Source: Motiliproteus sp.
GTDB lineage: Bacteria; Pseudomonadota; Gammaproteobacteria; Pseudomonadales; Balneatricaceae
Direction: 5' to 3'
DNA: 64,000 nt
Assembly: GCA_041586735.1 (NCBI GenBank)
Contig: JBFGZQ010000013.1
Span: 23,186 to 87,185, forward strand
A model generated the notes under the pieces. It was not told the DNA's origin and ran no database searches. It saw only the letters and a list, made by a program, of their open reading frames with translations. Shown one piece after another: positions 49,373-59,243 of the stretch. Position 1 is the first letter of the stretch; each line of letters begins with the position of its first letter. The translations under genes were made by a program, and so were the position numbers.

Positions 49373-52081
49373 TTAAATGCTATTTGATTTATCAAAATCG
49401 TTTTTTATCGCCCAATAGTGCTGCCAGGCCTCGTCCATCTGGTTCTGTTTAACTGCCTGAGAAAAGGCTCGAATTTGAACCTCTAGCTGATCAAGACCGA
49501 CCATAGCAGCGAGTCCGGATAGCTGATGGGCCTGCTCGCGCAGCATCAACATATCAGCCTGCAGCAACGCCTGCTGCAACGCGGCAAACTGCTCTTCAAG
49601 CGCTTGCCGCAACTCCTGCTCTGGAATGCCAAACTGTTGCAAACGCATAGCGACACGACTACCCGCGGCCTTACTAACAAGCCGGCGTTTATCAGGAGCC
49701 AACGCGGCTAATATCTCTTTGACTAACACCAGCTCCTCCACTGGCTTATAGAGCACACCCTGAAGCGCATGAGATTCGATCAACGCCGATTCATCGCTGA
49801 TCACATCCGCGGTAAGAATCAGAATAGGCGTCTGGGCTGCTGCAGAGGACAACTGCCGTATCTGCTGACACGCCTCGGCACCCCCCATGATCGGCATATG
49901 CAGATCCATAAGGATCAGATCAACCGCTTTCTGCTGCGTCAGGGTCACGGCATCACGACCATTAGCGGCAGTCTCCACCTGAGCCCCCTGGGCCTGCAAC
50001 ATCCGCGTCAATAGCAACCGATTAAAACGGTTATCCTCGACCACCAACACCCTCAGCCCCTCTAGTGGCAGGCTGGGTAATGCAACAGGAACACTCGGCA
50101 AAGATACCGAGTCTAAGGCCTTAAATAAGCGGTAGCGCCCCACCGGTATCCGCAACAGCGTAGCCGGAGCGAGCGACTCAACCAACTGATCAATATTCAC
50201 CTCCAGCTCATCATCACCGTGCTCGGTCACCAGGATCAACTCTCCAGAAAAACATTCCCGCACGGGGTTAAGAAAGCGGTTCCACGACAAGGTTTTCAGC
50301 TCTGCCAGCGCCAGATGTATAACCACCCGATCATAGCCATGCTCAGATGCCTGGATGACCGGCACCAATCGCTGCCGGTCATCCAGGCTCTCGACCTGAC
50401 AGTCCCAAGTGCGGAGCTGCTGTTCAAACTGAACCTGACACTGGCGATCATGACAGCAGAGCAACACCCTGAGTGGCGGCAACAACTTCGGCGGCGACGG
50501 CGGTGCGTTATCCAAACACAGGCTAACGGTGAATTGACTGCCCTCATCCACCACACTGGTCAGCATCAACTCACCCTGCATCAGCTCAACCAAGCTCTTG
50601 CAGATCACCAACCCCAAACCACTACCGCCGAAGCGCCGACTGATCGAGGTATCGGCCTGGGAAAAGGGCTGAAACAGTGTCGCCAGCTCGGTCGCCGCAA
50701 TGCCAATTCCGGTGTCTTGGATCTCGATCTGTAGTCGCGTCTGCGCCTGTTGCGACTGACTAGAGAGTCGGATCTGCACGGCTCCCTGTTCGGTAAATTT
50801 AATCGCATTGCTGATGAGGTTACTGATAACCTGCGAAAACCGGGTCGGATCCCCCATCAGTAGCAACGGCCAGGGCACATCAGAGTGCAACGCTAGCCGC
50901 AGACCCTTGTATCCAGCTGCGGGCGCCTGCATCTCCAGCACATCTTCTAGGCACTGCTCCGGACTGAACGGGATTTTTTCCAGTTTAAGATTGTCAGACT
51001 GATATTTAGAAAAATAAAGAATATCGTCAATCAGGCGCAACAACAGTGACGAGGCGCTATAGATGATGCGGCAAGACTCCCGCTGGCTATTACTCAACGG
51101 ACTCTTTTCCAGCAACTGAATAAAACCGATCACCGCGCTAATCGGGGTCCTCAGCTCATGGCTCATGCGCGCCATAAAGTCATCCTTGGCACGTCCCGAT
51201 AACTCGACCTGATCTTTGGAGTACTGCAATTGTTGATGGCTCTGTTCCAACTCCGACAATGCTGTTCGAAGACTGGCAGTGGCTTGGTCCACCTCTCTTT
51301 GCTGCTTCTGCTGCTGCTGCTGAACCTGAGTAATCAGTATCATAATGCCTTGCTGCAGGGCACCGATCTCCTGCGGAGAACTCTGGGTAAGCGCCGGTTG
51401 ATACGCTGAACCGGATTGATAACGGCTTAGCGATTGGCTAAGCGCCTCAATAGGCGTACTGATATTGCGACCGATACGCACGGCCAGCAGTGCCGCCAGC
51501 AGCAAGCCAGCAGCGGATATCAGCAGTCCCCAGAGCACAATCTGTTGCTGTTGCTGCAATAACAATTTGTCGTTGAGGATCAAGATCACCGTGCCGATAT
51601 GACGATCCGGCATCAGGCTCTGGTCAAAATCGTCGACTATCACTGCGCTCATCATCACCGGTTTCACCAGCACCCAACTATTGGCCAAGCCCTGCAGCTC
51701 AAGCCGCTGTCCCGCTGGCTGTAGCCGTCCTGCAGATAGCAGCCGGGCAAAATCCAGGGCCAGCACCTCGCGTTGATAGAGCAACTGCGACTGGGCATTG
51801 AGAAACATAATATTGCTGATTTCAGGGCGTTTTATCGGCCCCCGAGTCAACTGCTCTAGGACATCGATATTTTGGGTCAACAACCCAAACTCTGCCGCTG
51901 CCGAGAGAAAATCCATTAAGGTATCAGCCTGATCGTCGAGCGCCTGTTCCACATCCTGAATCCGCGAGCTGATTAGGTAACTCGACAGCGCCAAGGTCAG
52001 CAGCAACAGAGGCAGCAAGGCCGTTAACATCAGCTGCTGACCGATACTCAGACGCGAAACACCCAAGCGCCACTTCATCAT
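49373..52081 (-). CDS. Hybrid sensor histidine kinase with receiver and Hpt domains
   Basis: 902 aa. It has two TM helices flanking a periplasmic region of about 150 aa. The H-box is ARMSHELRTPISAV and the ATPase domain carries GGSGLGLVICK. A degenerate receiver-like segment and a true receiver (VLVVEDNRFNR..LILMDLHMPIMGG) follow, then an Hpt domain (AHQLSGLAAMVG). Confidence 0.85.
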   Translation of the reverse strand: MMKWRLGVSRLSIGQQLMLTALLPLLLLTLALSSYLISSRIQDVEQALDDQADTLMDFLSAAAEFGLLTQNIDVLEQLTRGPIKRPEISNIMFLNAQSQLLYQREVLALDFARLLSAGRLQPAGQRLELQGLANSWVLVKPVMMSAVIVDDFDQSLMPDRHIGTVILILNDKLLLQQQQQIVLWGLLISAAGLLLAALLAVRIGRNISTPIEALSQSLSRYQSGSAYQPALTQSSPQEIGALQQGIMILITQVQQQQQKQQREVDQATASLRTALSELEQSHQQLQYSKDQVELSGRAKDDFMARMSHELRTPISAVIGFIQLLEKSPLSNSQRESCRIIYSASSLLLRLIDDILYFSKYQSDNLKLEKIPFSPEQCLEDVLEMQAPAAGYKGLRLALHSDVPWPLLLMGDPTRFSQVISNLISNAIKFTEQGAVQIRLSSQSQQAQTRLQIEIQDTGIGIAATELATLFQPFSQADTSISRRFGGSGLGLVICKSLVELMQGELMLTSVVDEGSQFTVSLCLDNAPPSPPKLLPPLRVLLCCHDRQCQVQFEQQLRTWDCQVESLDDRQRLVPVIQASEHGYDRVVIHLALAELKTLSWNRFLNPVRECFSGELILVTEHGDDELEVNIDQLVESLAPATLLRIPVGRYRLFKALDSVSLPSVPVALPSLPLEGLRVLVVEDNRFNRLLLTRMLQAQGAQVETAANGRDAVTLTQQKAVDLILMDLHMPIMGGAEACQQIRQLSSAAAQTPILILTADVISDESALIESHALQGVLYKPVEELVLVKEILAALAPDKRRLVSKAAGSRVAMRLQQFGIPEQELRQALEEQFAALQQALLQADMLMLREQAHQLSGLAAMVGLDQLEVQIRAFSQAVKQNQMDEAWQHYWAIKNDFDKSNSI

Positions 52082-53031
52082 TGAGGCTCCCGAGACATCA
52101 ACACTTCGATCTCATCCTGACCTGGCAGCTGTAAGTCGATACTCTGCGCAGCCTGAAGACTGGTACGAATTTCAAAAAACAAGGGGTACGCCGGAGCTGG
52201 CAGTTTACTGCTCTGCGACCGCCAGCTGGCTAACCAAACCGCGGTATCCTTAGCGATAGTCGCAGGGGTGCTAAACACCGCTGCCGTGGCCCCGGCATCG
52301 ACATAACGGCTGGAAAAGCCGATCAACGGCAGGCGGTGTCTGTAGCTCAGCAACAGCAGCCATTTGGAGATACTGCGATTAAATTCAGCTTTATCAGGCA
52401 CCACCAGAATCGCATCGCTATTCTCGCTCAAGGGTTCCAGTAGCCGAACTGGATTCTCATTATGGCTGAAGCGTACCAGTCGTGACTGCCAGCCCTGCGC
52501 CTCTATGGCCGCCTCTATCGCGGGTAACTGCTCATGACTGCTCGGCCCCACCACCACCCCCATCCGTTTGATGGAGGGGCGGATCAGTTTGGCCAACTGC
52601 AGCTGCCGGGCTATCGGCTGTTCTAGATAGATCGCACTTAACAATCCTTGCTCTAGCCTCGAGAGCAGCAGCGGCTGTTGACTCAGTGCAACGAAGGTCT
52701 GACGTGGAATAAGCACACTCAACACCGGCCAGTGCTGCGGCTGCCGCAACACCTCTCGGGCGGCCTGCGTACCCACGGTCACCAAAAGATCGGCCTGCAC
52801 CGCTGTCGGGCTATAATGCTCGCCAAGCACCTGTTGCACGCTCCACTGCGGTAATTGCCGCGCCAGTAACGCAGCGTAGTCACGGTAGGGCTGGCTATCC
52901 TGACTCAGCACCAACAATACCGTCGGCCGCGCCCAACCACTGGTCGGCAGCAAAACCATCAGCAACAGCAAGACCCGCCATCCAGCGTGGCTGCAAAAAC
53001 GCGACCCTCTGATGCGATTCAAGCCAAACAA
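52078..53031 (-). CDS. Periplasmic ABC-type substrate-binding-like protein (no cognate permease or ATPase nearby)
   Basis: 317 aa with a signal peptide. Its pattern of alternating beta-alpha segments resembles the BMP/ABC_sub_bind fold. A 4-bp ATGA overlap links it to the kinase gene. The family call is by recollection only. Confidence 0.5.
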   Translation of the reverse strand: MFGLNRIRGSRFCSHAGWRVLLLLMVLLPTSGWARPTVLLVLSQDSQPYRDYAALLARQLPQWSVQQVLGEHYSPTAVQADLLVTVGTQAAREVLRQPQHWPVLSVLIPRQTFVALSQQPLLLSRLEQGLLSAIYLEQPIARQLQLAKLIRPSIKRMGVVVGPSSHEQLPAIEAAIEAQGWQSRLVRFSHNENPVRLLEPLSENSDAILVVPDKAEFNRSISKWLLLLSYRHRLPLIGFSSRYVDAGATAAVFSTPATIAKDTAVWLASWRSQSSKLPAPAYPLFFEIRTSLQAAQSIDLQLPGQDEIEVLMSREPQ

Positions 53032-53074
53032 TCCATTGCTTACCGGTCTCTATATCCTAACTAAACCCTGGATA

Positions 53075-55324
53075 TTATAGGAACTCTAAGGTGGCGCGCA
53101 CAAAACCACGCTGATCCACGCTGTTGTTGCGATCAAACTCCGTATAACTGCCGGTGACACTCTGCAGGATCAGCTCCAGCGAGCCCTGCATCCCTGCGGC
53201 TTGAAAGCTTTTCGCCACACGGCCATCGAGGCGATTATAGGGATCCAACCCAGACCCTTGCGGCCATTTAACCGAGGTCTGTCGGTACCAGGCCGCGCTA
53301 ACATCGACGCCATCACCGAAGGCGTGGCTGACCAACAGACTCAGCCCATGGCGAGGGACGCGTATGCCTAAGTTTTGAGGGCCTTCTCTCTCTCCGCTCC
53401 CTCCGTCATATTGGCGCCGATCATACTGGCCCTCGGTATCAATATAGGCATAACCGAGCATCAACCAGCTGTGGTGCCAGGGCTGCAGAGTCCATTGCGC
53501 CTCAAGCCCGCGGTTACGCCAGCGGGCGTTATTCACCAGTTGCAACGCTTGCCCCTTGGCATCAGTGGCAGGGATCTCCGCGCTCACCCAATCAGGATCG
53601 GGATCTGCGCTATAGGCCCATTGCTCTGCCACGCCATCCTCAACCTCCTCAACATAGAGCTTGAGATCAAAGGCCGAGCGGATGGCCGCCACTTCGACCC
53701 TATAGCCCAGCTCCAAGGCATCGACGCGCTCCGGATCGAGGCGCTCGGGAGTGTAGGTATCCAGATCGAGCATCTGAGTATTGCTGGGCAAGACCAGTCC
53801 GGCAAACAGATGCTGCTCCATCGGTGAGGGCATGCGATAGGCGCGACTGGCCGCGGCTCTGAGGGTGTGCTGCTCGCTCAGGTGCCAATTGAGCCCCAGC
53901 CGAGGCGACAATCGCGCCCCCGGATCCGGATTGTGCTCGAGCATGGCACCCAGGTTGGCGGTCCATTCAGAGGCGAACTGCCAGGCCAGATTGCCGAACA
54001 GCCGCGGGCTGGTGCTGGACACCGCGCCGGTAGTACCGAGGTTGACCAGACTGGTGAAACGATCATGGCGTACCCCGGCACCGGCGACCAGTCGCAGTGC
54101 CGGATTCCACTCCTGCTGCAGCTGCAGCTCCAGGTCGTAGCGCTCGGTGATCCCGGTTTCGCTGCCCTCATCTACCAGTTGATCGGGCTGCCCCCCGGTT
54201 GCGCCGTCGATAATAGCTAAGATAGTACCTTTGGCGTCCTCATAGGACGCCCCACCAAATGCTGATTCATTCTCTCGAAAAAACAGCTCCGACAACAGAA
54301 TAGGGCTCTCGTTATGGTACTCGTAGCGATTATGGCTCAGCTGCAGCCGCAGTTGCTGCTCCGGATTGAGGAGCCGCTCCCAACTGAGGTTCTGGTAATG
54401 GGCCTTGACCTCTCGATCTGTAAACTCTGCTGGATTACGGGTATTACCGACACCTACCTGGCCATCGCTGAGCCCGAGCTGCACCACCAGACTGTCAGCC
54501 AGCGTCGGCGTATAGAGGCCATGCAGATGGAGCTGGGTGATCTCGGCGCCATCCTCCATGCGGGCGTAAGAGCCACCATCGTCACTATCAAAGCCGACCC
54601 CGGTGCCTCGGTTTTTATGGTAATTGAGCGACAGTCGATAATTAAAGCCGCCGATGTTGTCGTTATGGCGCAGGGCGTACTCTTGGGTGCCCAGCGCTCC
54701 CAGGGTGGTCCTGACCGCGCTACCACTCTGCTCCAGAGGCGTATAGGTGGTGATGTTGATCGCCCCCAGAAACGCATTCGATCCCTGGGTGGCGACGTTA
54801 GGCCCACGCACCACCTCGATATAGTTGATATCGTCCAGGGACACGCCCAACGCCGACCAATCAACACTCGACAACGCCGGCTGGTAGACCGAACGGCCAT
54901 CAATCGTCACCTCCATGCGTCCCGGGTGGGCATCTCCCTGACCATGGCTGACCACCCCAAACTGATTGGCGCTGACATGATAGGCCTGAAAACCGGGCAC
55001 CAGCTTAAACAGGTCGGCGATATTGACCGCCCCCGAGGCTTCGATCATCCGCCGATCGATCAGGGTCACGGCGGCGGGGGTATCGCTGATCCTCTGCTGG
55101 AGGCGGGTCGCGGACTTGACCGAAGTAAGCCCCCCAAACAGGTCCTCTTCATCCAGCGAATCATGCGACGCGGCTTGGCCAAGCGTAGCCGTTAACAGCG
55201 GTGCTAACAGCCCAACAACGCACACCCCAAACCGACCCGAATAGCGAAATTTCAACAACGGCACTCCTCCTATAACTGCAACCTGGATCGCAAGCATCAT
55301 CAAACTCTGGTAAGAGTCCGACAA
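53075..55324 (-). CDS. TonB-dependent outer-membrane receptor
   Basis: It has a plug domain (VTLIDRRMIEASGAVNIADLFKLVPG), a long beta-barrel and a C-terminal aromatic residue (..ATLEFL). The exact start among several Met codons is uncertain. Confidence 0.85.
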   Translation of the reverse strand: MSDSYQSLMMLAIQVAVIGGVPLLKFRYSGRFGVCVVGLLAPLLTATLGQAASHDSLDEEDLFGGLTSVKSATRLQQRISDTPAAVTLIDRRMIEASGAVNIADLFKLVPGFQAYHVSANQFGVVSHGQGDAHPGRMEVTIDGRSVYQPALSSVDWSALGVSLDDINYIEVVRGPNVATQGSNAFLGAINITTYTPLEQSGSAVRTTLGALGTQEYALRHNDNIGGFNYRLSLNYHKNRGTGVGFDSDDGGSYARMEDGAEITQLHLHGLYTPTLADSLVVQLGLSDGQVGVGNTRNPAEFTDREVKAHYQNLSWERLLNPEQQLRLQLSHNRYEYHNESPILLSELFFRENESAFGGASYEDAKGTILAIIDGATGGQPDQLVDEGSETGITERYDLELQLQQEWNPALRLVAGAGVRHDRFTSLVNLGTTGAVSSTSPRLFGNLAWQFASEWTANLGAMLEHNPDPGARLSPRLGLNWHLSEQHTLRAAASRAYRMPSPMEQHLFAGLVLPSNTQMLDLDTYTPERLDPERVDALELGYRVEVAAIRSAFDLKLYVEEVEDGVAEQWAYSADPDPDWVSAEIPATDAKGQALQLVNNARWRNRGLEAQWTLQPWHHSWLMLGYAYIDTEGQYDRRQYDGGSGEREGPQNLGIRVPRHGLSLLVSHAFGDGVDVSAAWYRQTSVKWPQGSGLDPYNRLDGRVAKSFQAAGMQGSLELILQSVTGSYTEFDRNNSVDQRGFVRATLEFL

Positions 55325-55416
55325 ATCACTCAGTAGATCAAAAAATGATATCAGCTACAAACCGATATCACTTATTGCTGCTTTAGATCACGCTTATACA
55401 GGCTAAGAGGCTGTGT

Positions 55417-56076
55417 CTACTCCGCTAGCAGCAACACCTCCGTCACCAACTTGCCGATTCCGGTTGCCGCTTCGCTGATCGAGCCGGCCAGCATATAGGC
55501 GGGAGTGGTGACCAGTTTATGCTGCGGGTCGATCACCACCTCCTGGACAGCACAGCGTTGATGTTTGCCACCCATCGCCTCGATCGCGGCGGCGGTGTCG
55601 GCATCCGTACCTATCGTACAGGTCACGCCGCGACCCAATAGCCGGGGGGTCATGGCGGGGGCGATACAGATCAGCCCGATCGGTTTGCCGGCCTGGTGGA
55701 TCGCCTGGGTAAACGCCAACACCTGAGGGTTCACCTGACAGTCACTGCCTGCCAGGGCAAAATCGGAGAGGTTTTTAGCGGCGCCGAAGCCACCCGGAAT
55801 GATCAAGGCGTCATACGCCTGGGGATCGGCCTCAGCCAGATCCTTGACATCGCCGCGCGCCAAACGCGCCGCCTCCACCAACACATTGCGCGTTTCACCG
55901 ACCGCCACCTCGCCGCTCAGATGGTTAACCACATGCAACTGCTCGATATTCGGCGCCAGACACTGATACTGCGCGCCCTGCTGCTCGAGGTGATAGAGCG
56001 TCATCACCGTTTCGTAGATCTCCGAGCCATCAAACACCCCACAACCGGATAAAATCACCGCCACCCGTTTCATCAT
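55417..56076 (-). CDS. elbB: ElbB, DJ-1/PfpI-family isoprenoid-biosynthesis/glyoxalase-like protein
   Basis: 219 aa with MKRVAVILSGCGVFDGSEIYE and IPGGFGAAKNL, and the nucleophile-elbow Cys in LICIAPA. Confidence 0.8.
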   Translation of the reverse strand: MMKRVAVILSGCGVFDGSEIYETVMTLYHLEQQGAQYQCLAPNIEQLHVVNHLSGEVAVGETRNVLVEAARLARGDVKDLAEADPQAYDALIIPGGFGAAKNLSDFALAGSDCQVNPQVLAFTQAIHQAGKPIGLICIAPAMTPRLLGRGVTCTIGTDADTAAAIEAMGGKHQRCAVQEVVIDPQHKLVTTPAYMLAGSISEAATGIGKLVTEVLLLAE

Positions 56077-56129
56077 GTTCTCCTGTTCGATTATCGAAAG
56101 CGCTTTACATTAGGTCTTTAACAGTCGCT

Positions 56130-56993
56130 TTAGAGTGTAGACATATCACTGCTGAGCAGCGCTTTAAAGCCGGCCTGATAATCGACATAGCGAAACAGAT
56201 AACCGGCATCGAGCAAGCGCTGTGGCCGGCAGCGCTTGCTGCCGGTACGCAGTGTCTGGCTGAAATCCAGCCGCCGCTGTGGCTCTGGCAAACCCAGCTG
56301 CTGGCGCAACCACTCCAACACCTCATAATAGCTGGCCGGATGGGGATCCGAGGCCAGATAGCAGTCCGCCAGCTGATGTCCGGCCAGATCCTTGTCGATC
56401 AAGAACCGCAACACCCCGACACAGTCATCTCGATGAATACGATTACCATAATGAACCGGTTCGGCCAGCGCACCCTCACCCTGACGCACCCGACTGAGCA
56501 GCCGCTCACGACCGGGGCCGTAGATGCCGCTAAAACGCACCGCAGTGCTCGGCAAGGGACTCTGGCGCAGCAGCGCCTCGGCATCCAACATTGCCTGCCC
56601 CGAAAAGCTGCTCGGCTCGGTCGGGCTCTGGTCGTCGACCCACTCGCCCTGGTGCTGATGGTAGACCGCACTGCTGGAGACATAAAAAATACGCTGAGGA
56701 GCTAACTGTTGCTGCGCTAACGCTTGCAACAGGTTCTTCAGCCCCTCGACATAGGCGCGCTGATAGTCTTGGGCACTGAAGCTGGCTGGCACCAGCGAAT
56801 AGACCAGATAATCATGCGCCGGTAGCTCAGCTAGACTGGCCGGATCGGTGACATCGGCACAGAGCCCTTGGATTGGTGCAGGCAGTTGATTAAGATGGCG
56901 CTTTAAGCCGATGCACTGGTGTCCTGCTTGGCATAACTCCAGCCCCAGCTGGGTTCCGATATCACCACAACCGACCAGTAACACTGTTGCCAT
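56130..56993 (-). CDS. NAD(P)-dependent SDR-family epimerase/dehydratase-like protein
   Basis: Start moved to ATG 56993 (MATVLLVGCGDIGTQLG, a Rossmann motif). Confidence 0.6.
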   Translation of the reverse strand: MATVLLVGCGDIGTQLGLELCQAGHQCIGLKRHLNQLPAPIQGLCADVTDPASLAELPAHDYLVYSLVPASFSAQDYQRAYVEGLKNLLQALAQQQLAPQRIFYVSSSAVYHQHQGEWVDDQSPTEPSSFSGQAMLDAEALLRQSPLPSTAVRFSGIYGPGRERLLSRVRQGEGALAEPVHYGNRIHRDDCVGVLRFLIDKDLAGHQLADCYLASDPHPASYYEVLEWLRQQLGLPEPQRRLDFSQTLRTGSKRCRPQRLLDAGYLFRYVDYQAGFKALLSSDMSTL

Positions 56994-57098
56994 GATGTTG
57001 ACCTCTTTTACGTGCTGGCGACAACCGCCAGCTAGCCATGGAAAAAACCGCAGTGTGGCCCCTGCGTGGCGGCTTGTCACCCCCGCTAGTCCCCAGCC

Positions 57099-59189
57099 AT
57101 GACTGACACCCCGCTGCGCCGTCTGGACCAGCTATCGGTCTCCCGTCTTAAAGGGGTTGGCGCTGCGATGCAGCAAAAGCTGGAAAAGCTGGGCCTGGAA
57201 ACCCTGCAGGACCTGCTGTTCCACCTGCCGCTGCGCTATCAGGACCGTACCCGGGTCGTGGCTATCGGCCGGTTGCGCCCCGGCGATGAAGCGGTGATCG
57301 AGGGCCAGATCAGCAGCTGCGAACTAGTGCAGGGGCGCCGCCGCAGCCTGCGCTGTATCCTCCGCGACAGCAGCGGCAGTGTAGGATTACGGTTTTTTCA
57401 CTTCAGCGCGGCGCAGAAAAACAACCTCAAGCCCGGTACCCCGCTGCGCTGCTTCGGCGAGGTCCGGGTCGGCAGCAGCGGTCTGGAACTCTATCATCCG
57501 GAATACCAAACGCTCGTGGGCGACGAACCTGCTCCGGTCAGCAGCACCCTCACACCGATCTATCCCGCCACCGAAGGACTGACCCAGGCCCGGATTCGCA
57601 GTCTCTGTGCCCAGACCTTGGAGATCATGGAGCAGCAGGGTGGACTGCAGGAGTGGCTACCCGACGCGCTTAGACGCCAACATACCCTCAGCGATCTCAA
57701 CGCCGCGGTGCGCTACCTGCACAACCCGCCGGTCGGCACCGACCTGCTGCAACTGGCCGAAACGCGCCACCCCGCCCAACGCCGACTGGCATTCGAAGAG
57801 CTGCTGGCTCACCATCTCAGCCTGCTGCGGCTGCGCCGCCAACAGCAACAGCACCGCGCCCCGGGACTCAGCACTCGGGGTCGGCTGCTAACGACTTTTC
57901 TGCAGCAGCTACCCTTCGATCTCACCGGCGCCCAGCAACGGGTCTGGCAGGAGGTCAGTCGCGACCTGAGCCAGCCGATGCCGATGCTACGCCTGGTGCA
58001 GGGCGATGTCGGTTCGGGCAAGACCGTGGTGGCCGCGCTCTGTGCCCTGCAAGCGATCGAGTCCGGCTATCAGGCGGCGGTCATGGCGCCCACCGAAATT
58101 CTCGCCGAGCAGCATATGCTCAACTTCAGCAGCTGGTTCGAACCCCTGGGGTTACGGGTCGACTGGCTGTCGGGACGGGTGAAAGGTAAAAAGCGTAGCG
58201 ACACTCTGGAACGGATCGCTTCGGGGGAGGCGCAGGTGGTGATCGGCACCCACGCGCTGTTCCAGGACGAGGTGGCGTTTCACTGTTTGGGCGCGATTGT
58301 GGTCGATGAGCAGCACCGCTTTGGGGTGCACCAGCGCCTGGCGCTGCGCGAAAAAGGACGCGATGGCCAGGTGCCGCACCAGTTGATTATGACCGCCACC
58401 CCGATCCCCCGGACCCTGACCATGAGCGCCTATGCCGATCTGGATTGTTCGGTGATCGACGAGCTGCCGCCCGGCCGCAGCCCGGTCAATACCGTGCTGA
58501 TTTCCGATCAGCGTCGTGATCAGGTGATCGCCCGGGTGCGTGCCGCCTGCGCCGAAGGCCGCCAGGCGTATTGGGTCTGCACCCTGATCGAAGAGTCCGA
58601 CGTGCTCGAATGCCAGGCCGCCGAACTGACTGCCACCCAGCTGGTAGACGCATTACCAGAGCTGCGTATTGGCCTGGTGCACGGGCGGATGAAAGCCGGT
58701 GACAAAGCCGAGGTGATGAGCCGTTTTAAGACCCAGCAACTCGAGCTGCTGGTGGCCACCACGGTGATCGAGGTGGGTGTCGATGTGCCCAATGCCAGCC
58801 TGATGATCATCGAGAATCCCGAGCGTCTCGGACTGGCGCAGCTGCACCAACTGCGCGGTCGGGTGGGACGTGGCTCGGTCGCCAGCCACTGCGTGCTGAT
58901 GTATCACAATCCGCTGTCGCAGCAGGGCCGCGAACGGCTGCAGGTGATGCGCGAAACCAACGATGGCTTTCTAATCGCCGAAAAAGATCTCGAACTGCGC
59001 GGCCCCGGCGAGGTGCTGGGCACCCGTCAGACCGGGATGATGCAGTTTAAAATCGCCGATCTGGAGCGCGACGCCGATCTGCTGGACCAGGTGAAGCGGG
59101 TCGCAACCCAGATCGAGCCGCTGCACGCCAACTGCGAAGGTATTATTCGCCGCTGGCTGGCGCAGGGCGAGCAGTATGGCAATGTCTAG
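57099..59189 (+). CDS. recG: ATP-dependent DNA helicase RecG
   Basis: 696 aa with a wedge/OB N-terminus and helicase motifs (GDVGSGKT, DEQHRFG, MTATPIPRT). The TRG region (QLRGRVGRG) is also present. Confidence 0.95.
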   Translation: MTDTPLRRLDQLSVSRLKGVGAAMQQKLEKLGLETLQDLLFHLPLRYQDRTRVVAIGRLRPGDEAVIEGQISSCELVQGRRRSLRCILRDSSGSVGLRFFHFSAAQKNNLKPGTPLRCFGEVRVGSSGLELYHPEYQTLVGDEPAPVSSTLTPIYPATEGLTQARIRSLCAQTLEIMEQQGGLQEWLPDALRRQHTLSDLNAAVRYLHNPPVGTDLLQLAETRHPAQRRLAFEELLAHHLSLLRLRRQQQQHRAPGLSTRGRLLTTFLQQLPFDLTGAQQRVWQEVSRDLSQPMPMLRLVQGDVGSGKTVVAALCALQAIESGYQAAVMAPTEILAEQHMLNFSSWFEPLGLRVDWLSGRVKGKKRSDTLERIASGEAQVVIGTHALFQDEVAFHCLGAIVVDEQHRFGVHQRLALREKGRDGQVPHQLIMTATPIPRTLTMSAYADLDCSVIDELPPGRSPVNTVLISDQRRDQVIARVRAACAEGRQAYWVCTLIEESDVLECQAAELTATQLVDALPELRIGLVHGRMKAGDKAEVMSRFKTQQLELLVATTVIEVGVDVPNASLMIIENPERLGLAQLHQLRGRVGRGSVASHCVLMYHNPLSQQGRERLQVMRETNDGFLIAEKDLELRGPGEVLGTRQTGMMQFKIADLERDADLLDQVKRVATQIEPLHANCEGIIRRWLAQGEQYGNV

Positions 59190-59243
59190 TTAATCTAGAG
59201 TGACGACCGCACCGCTGTCGGAATGAATGCCGACCACAAAGCG

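Noticed and set aside
54314-55195. 293-aa plus-strand ORF
   Set aside because: It lies entirely antisense to the TonB-dependent receptor gene and has a low-complexity R/G/D/I-rich translation, so it is a shadow ORF.
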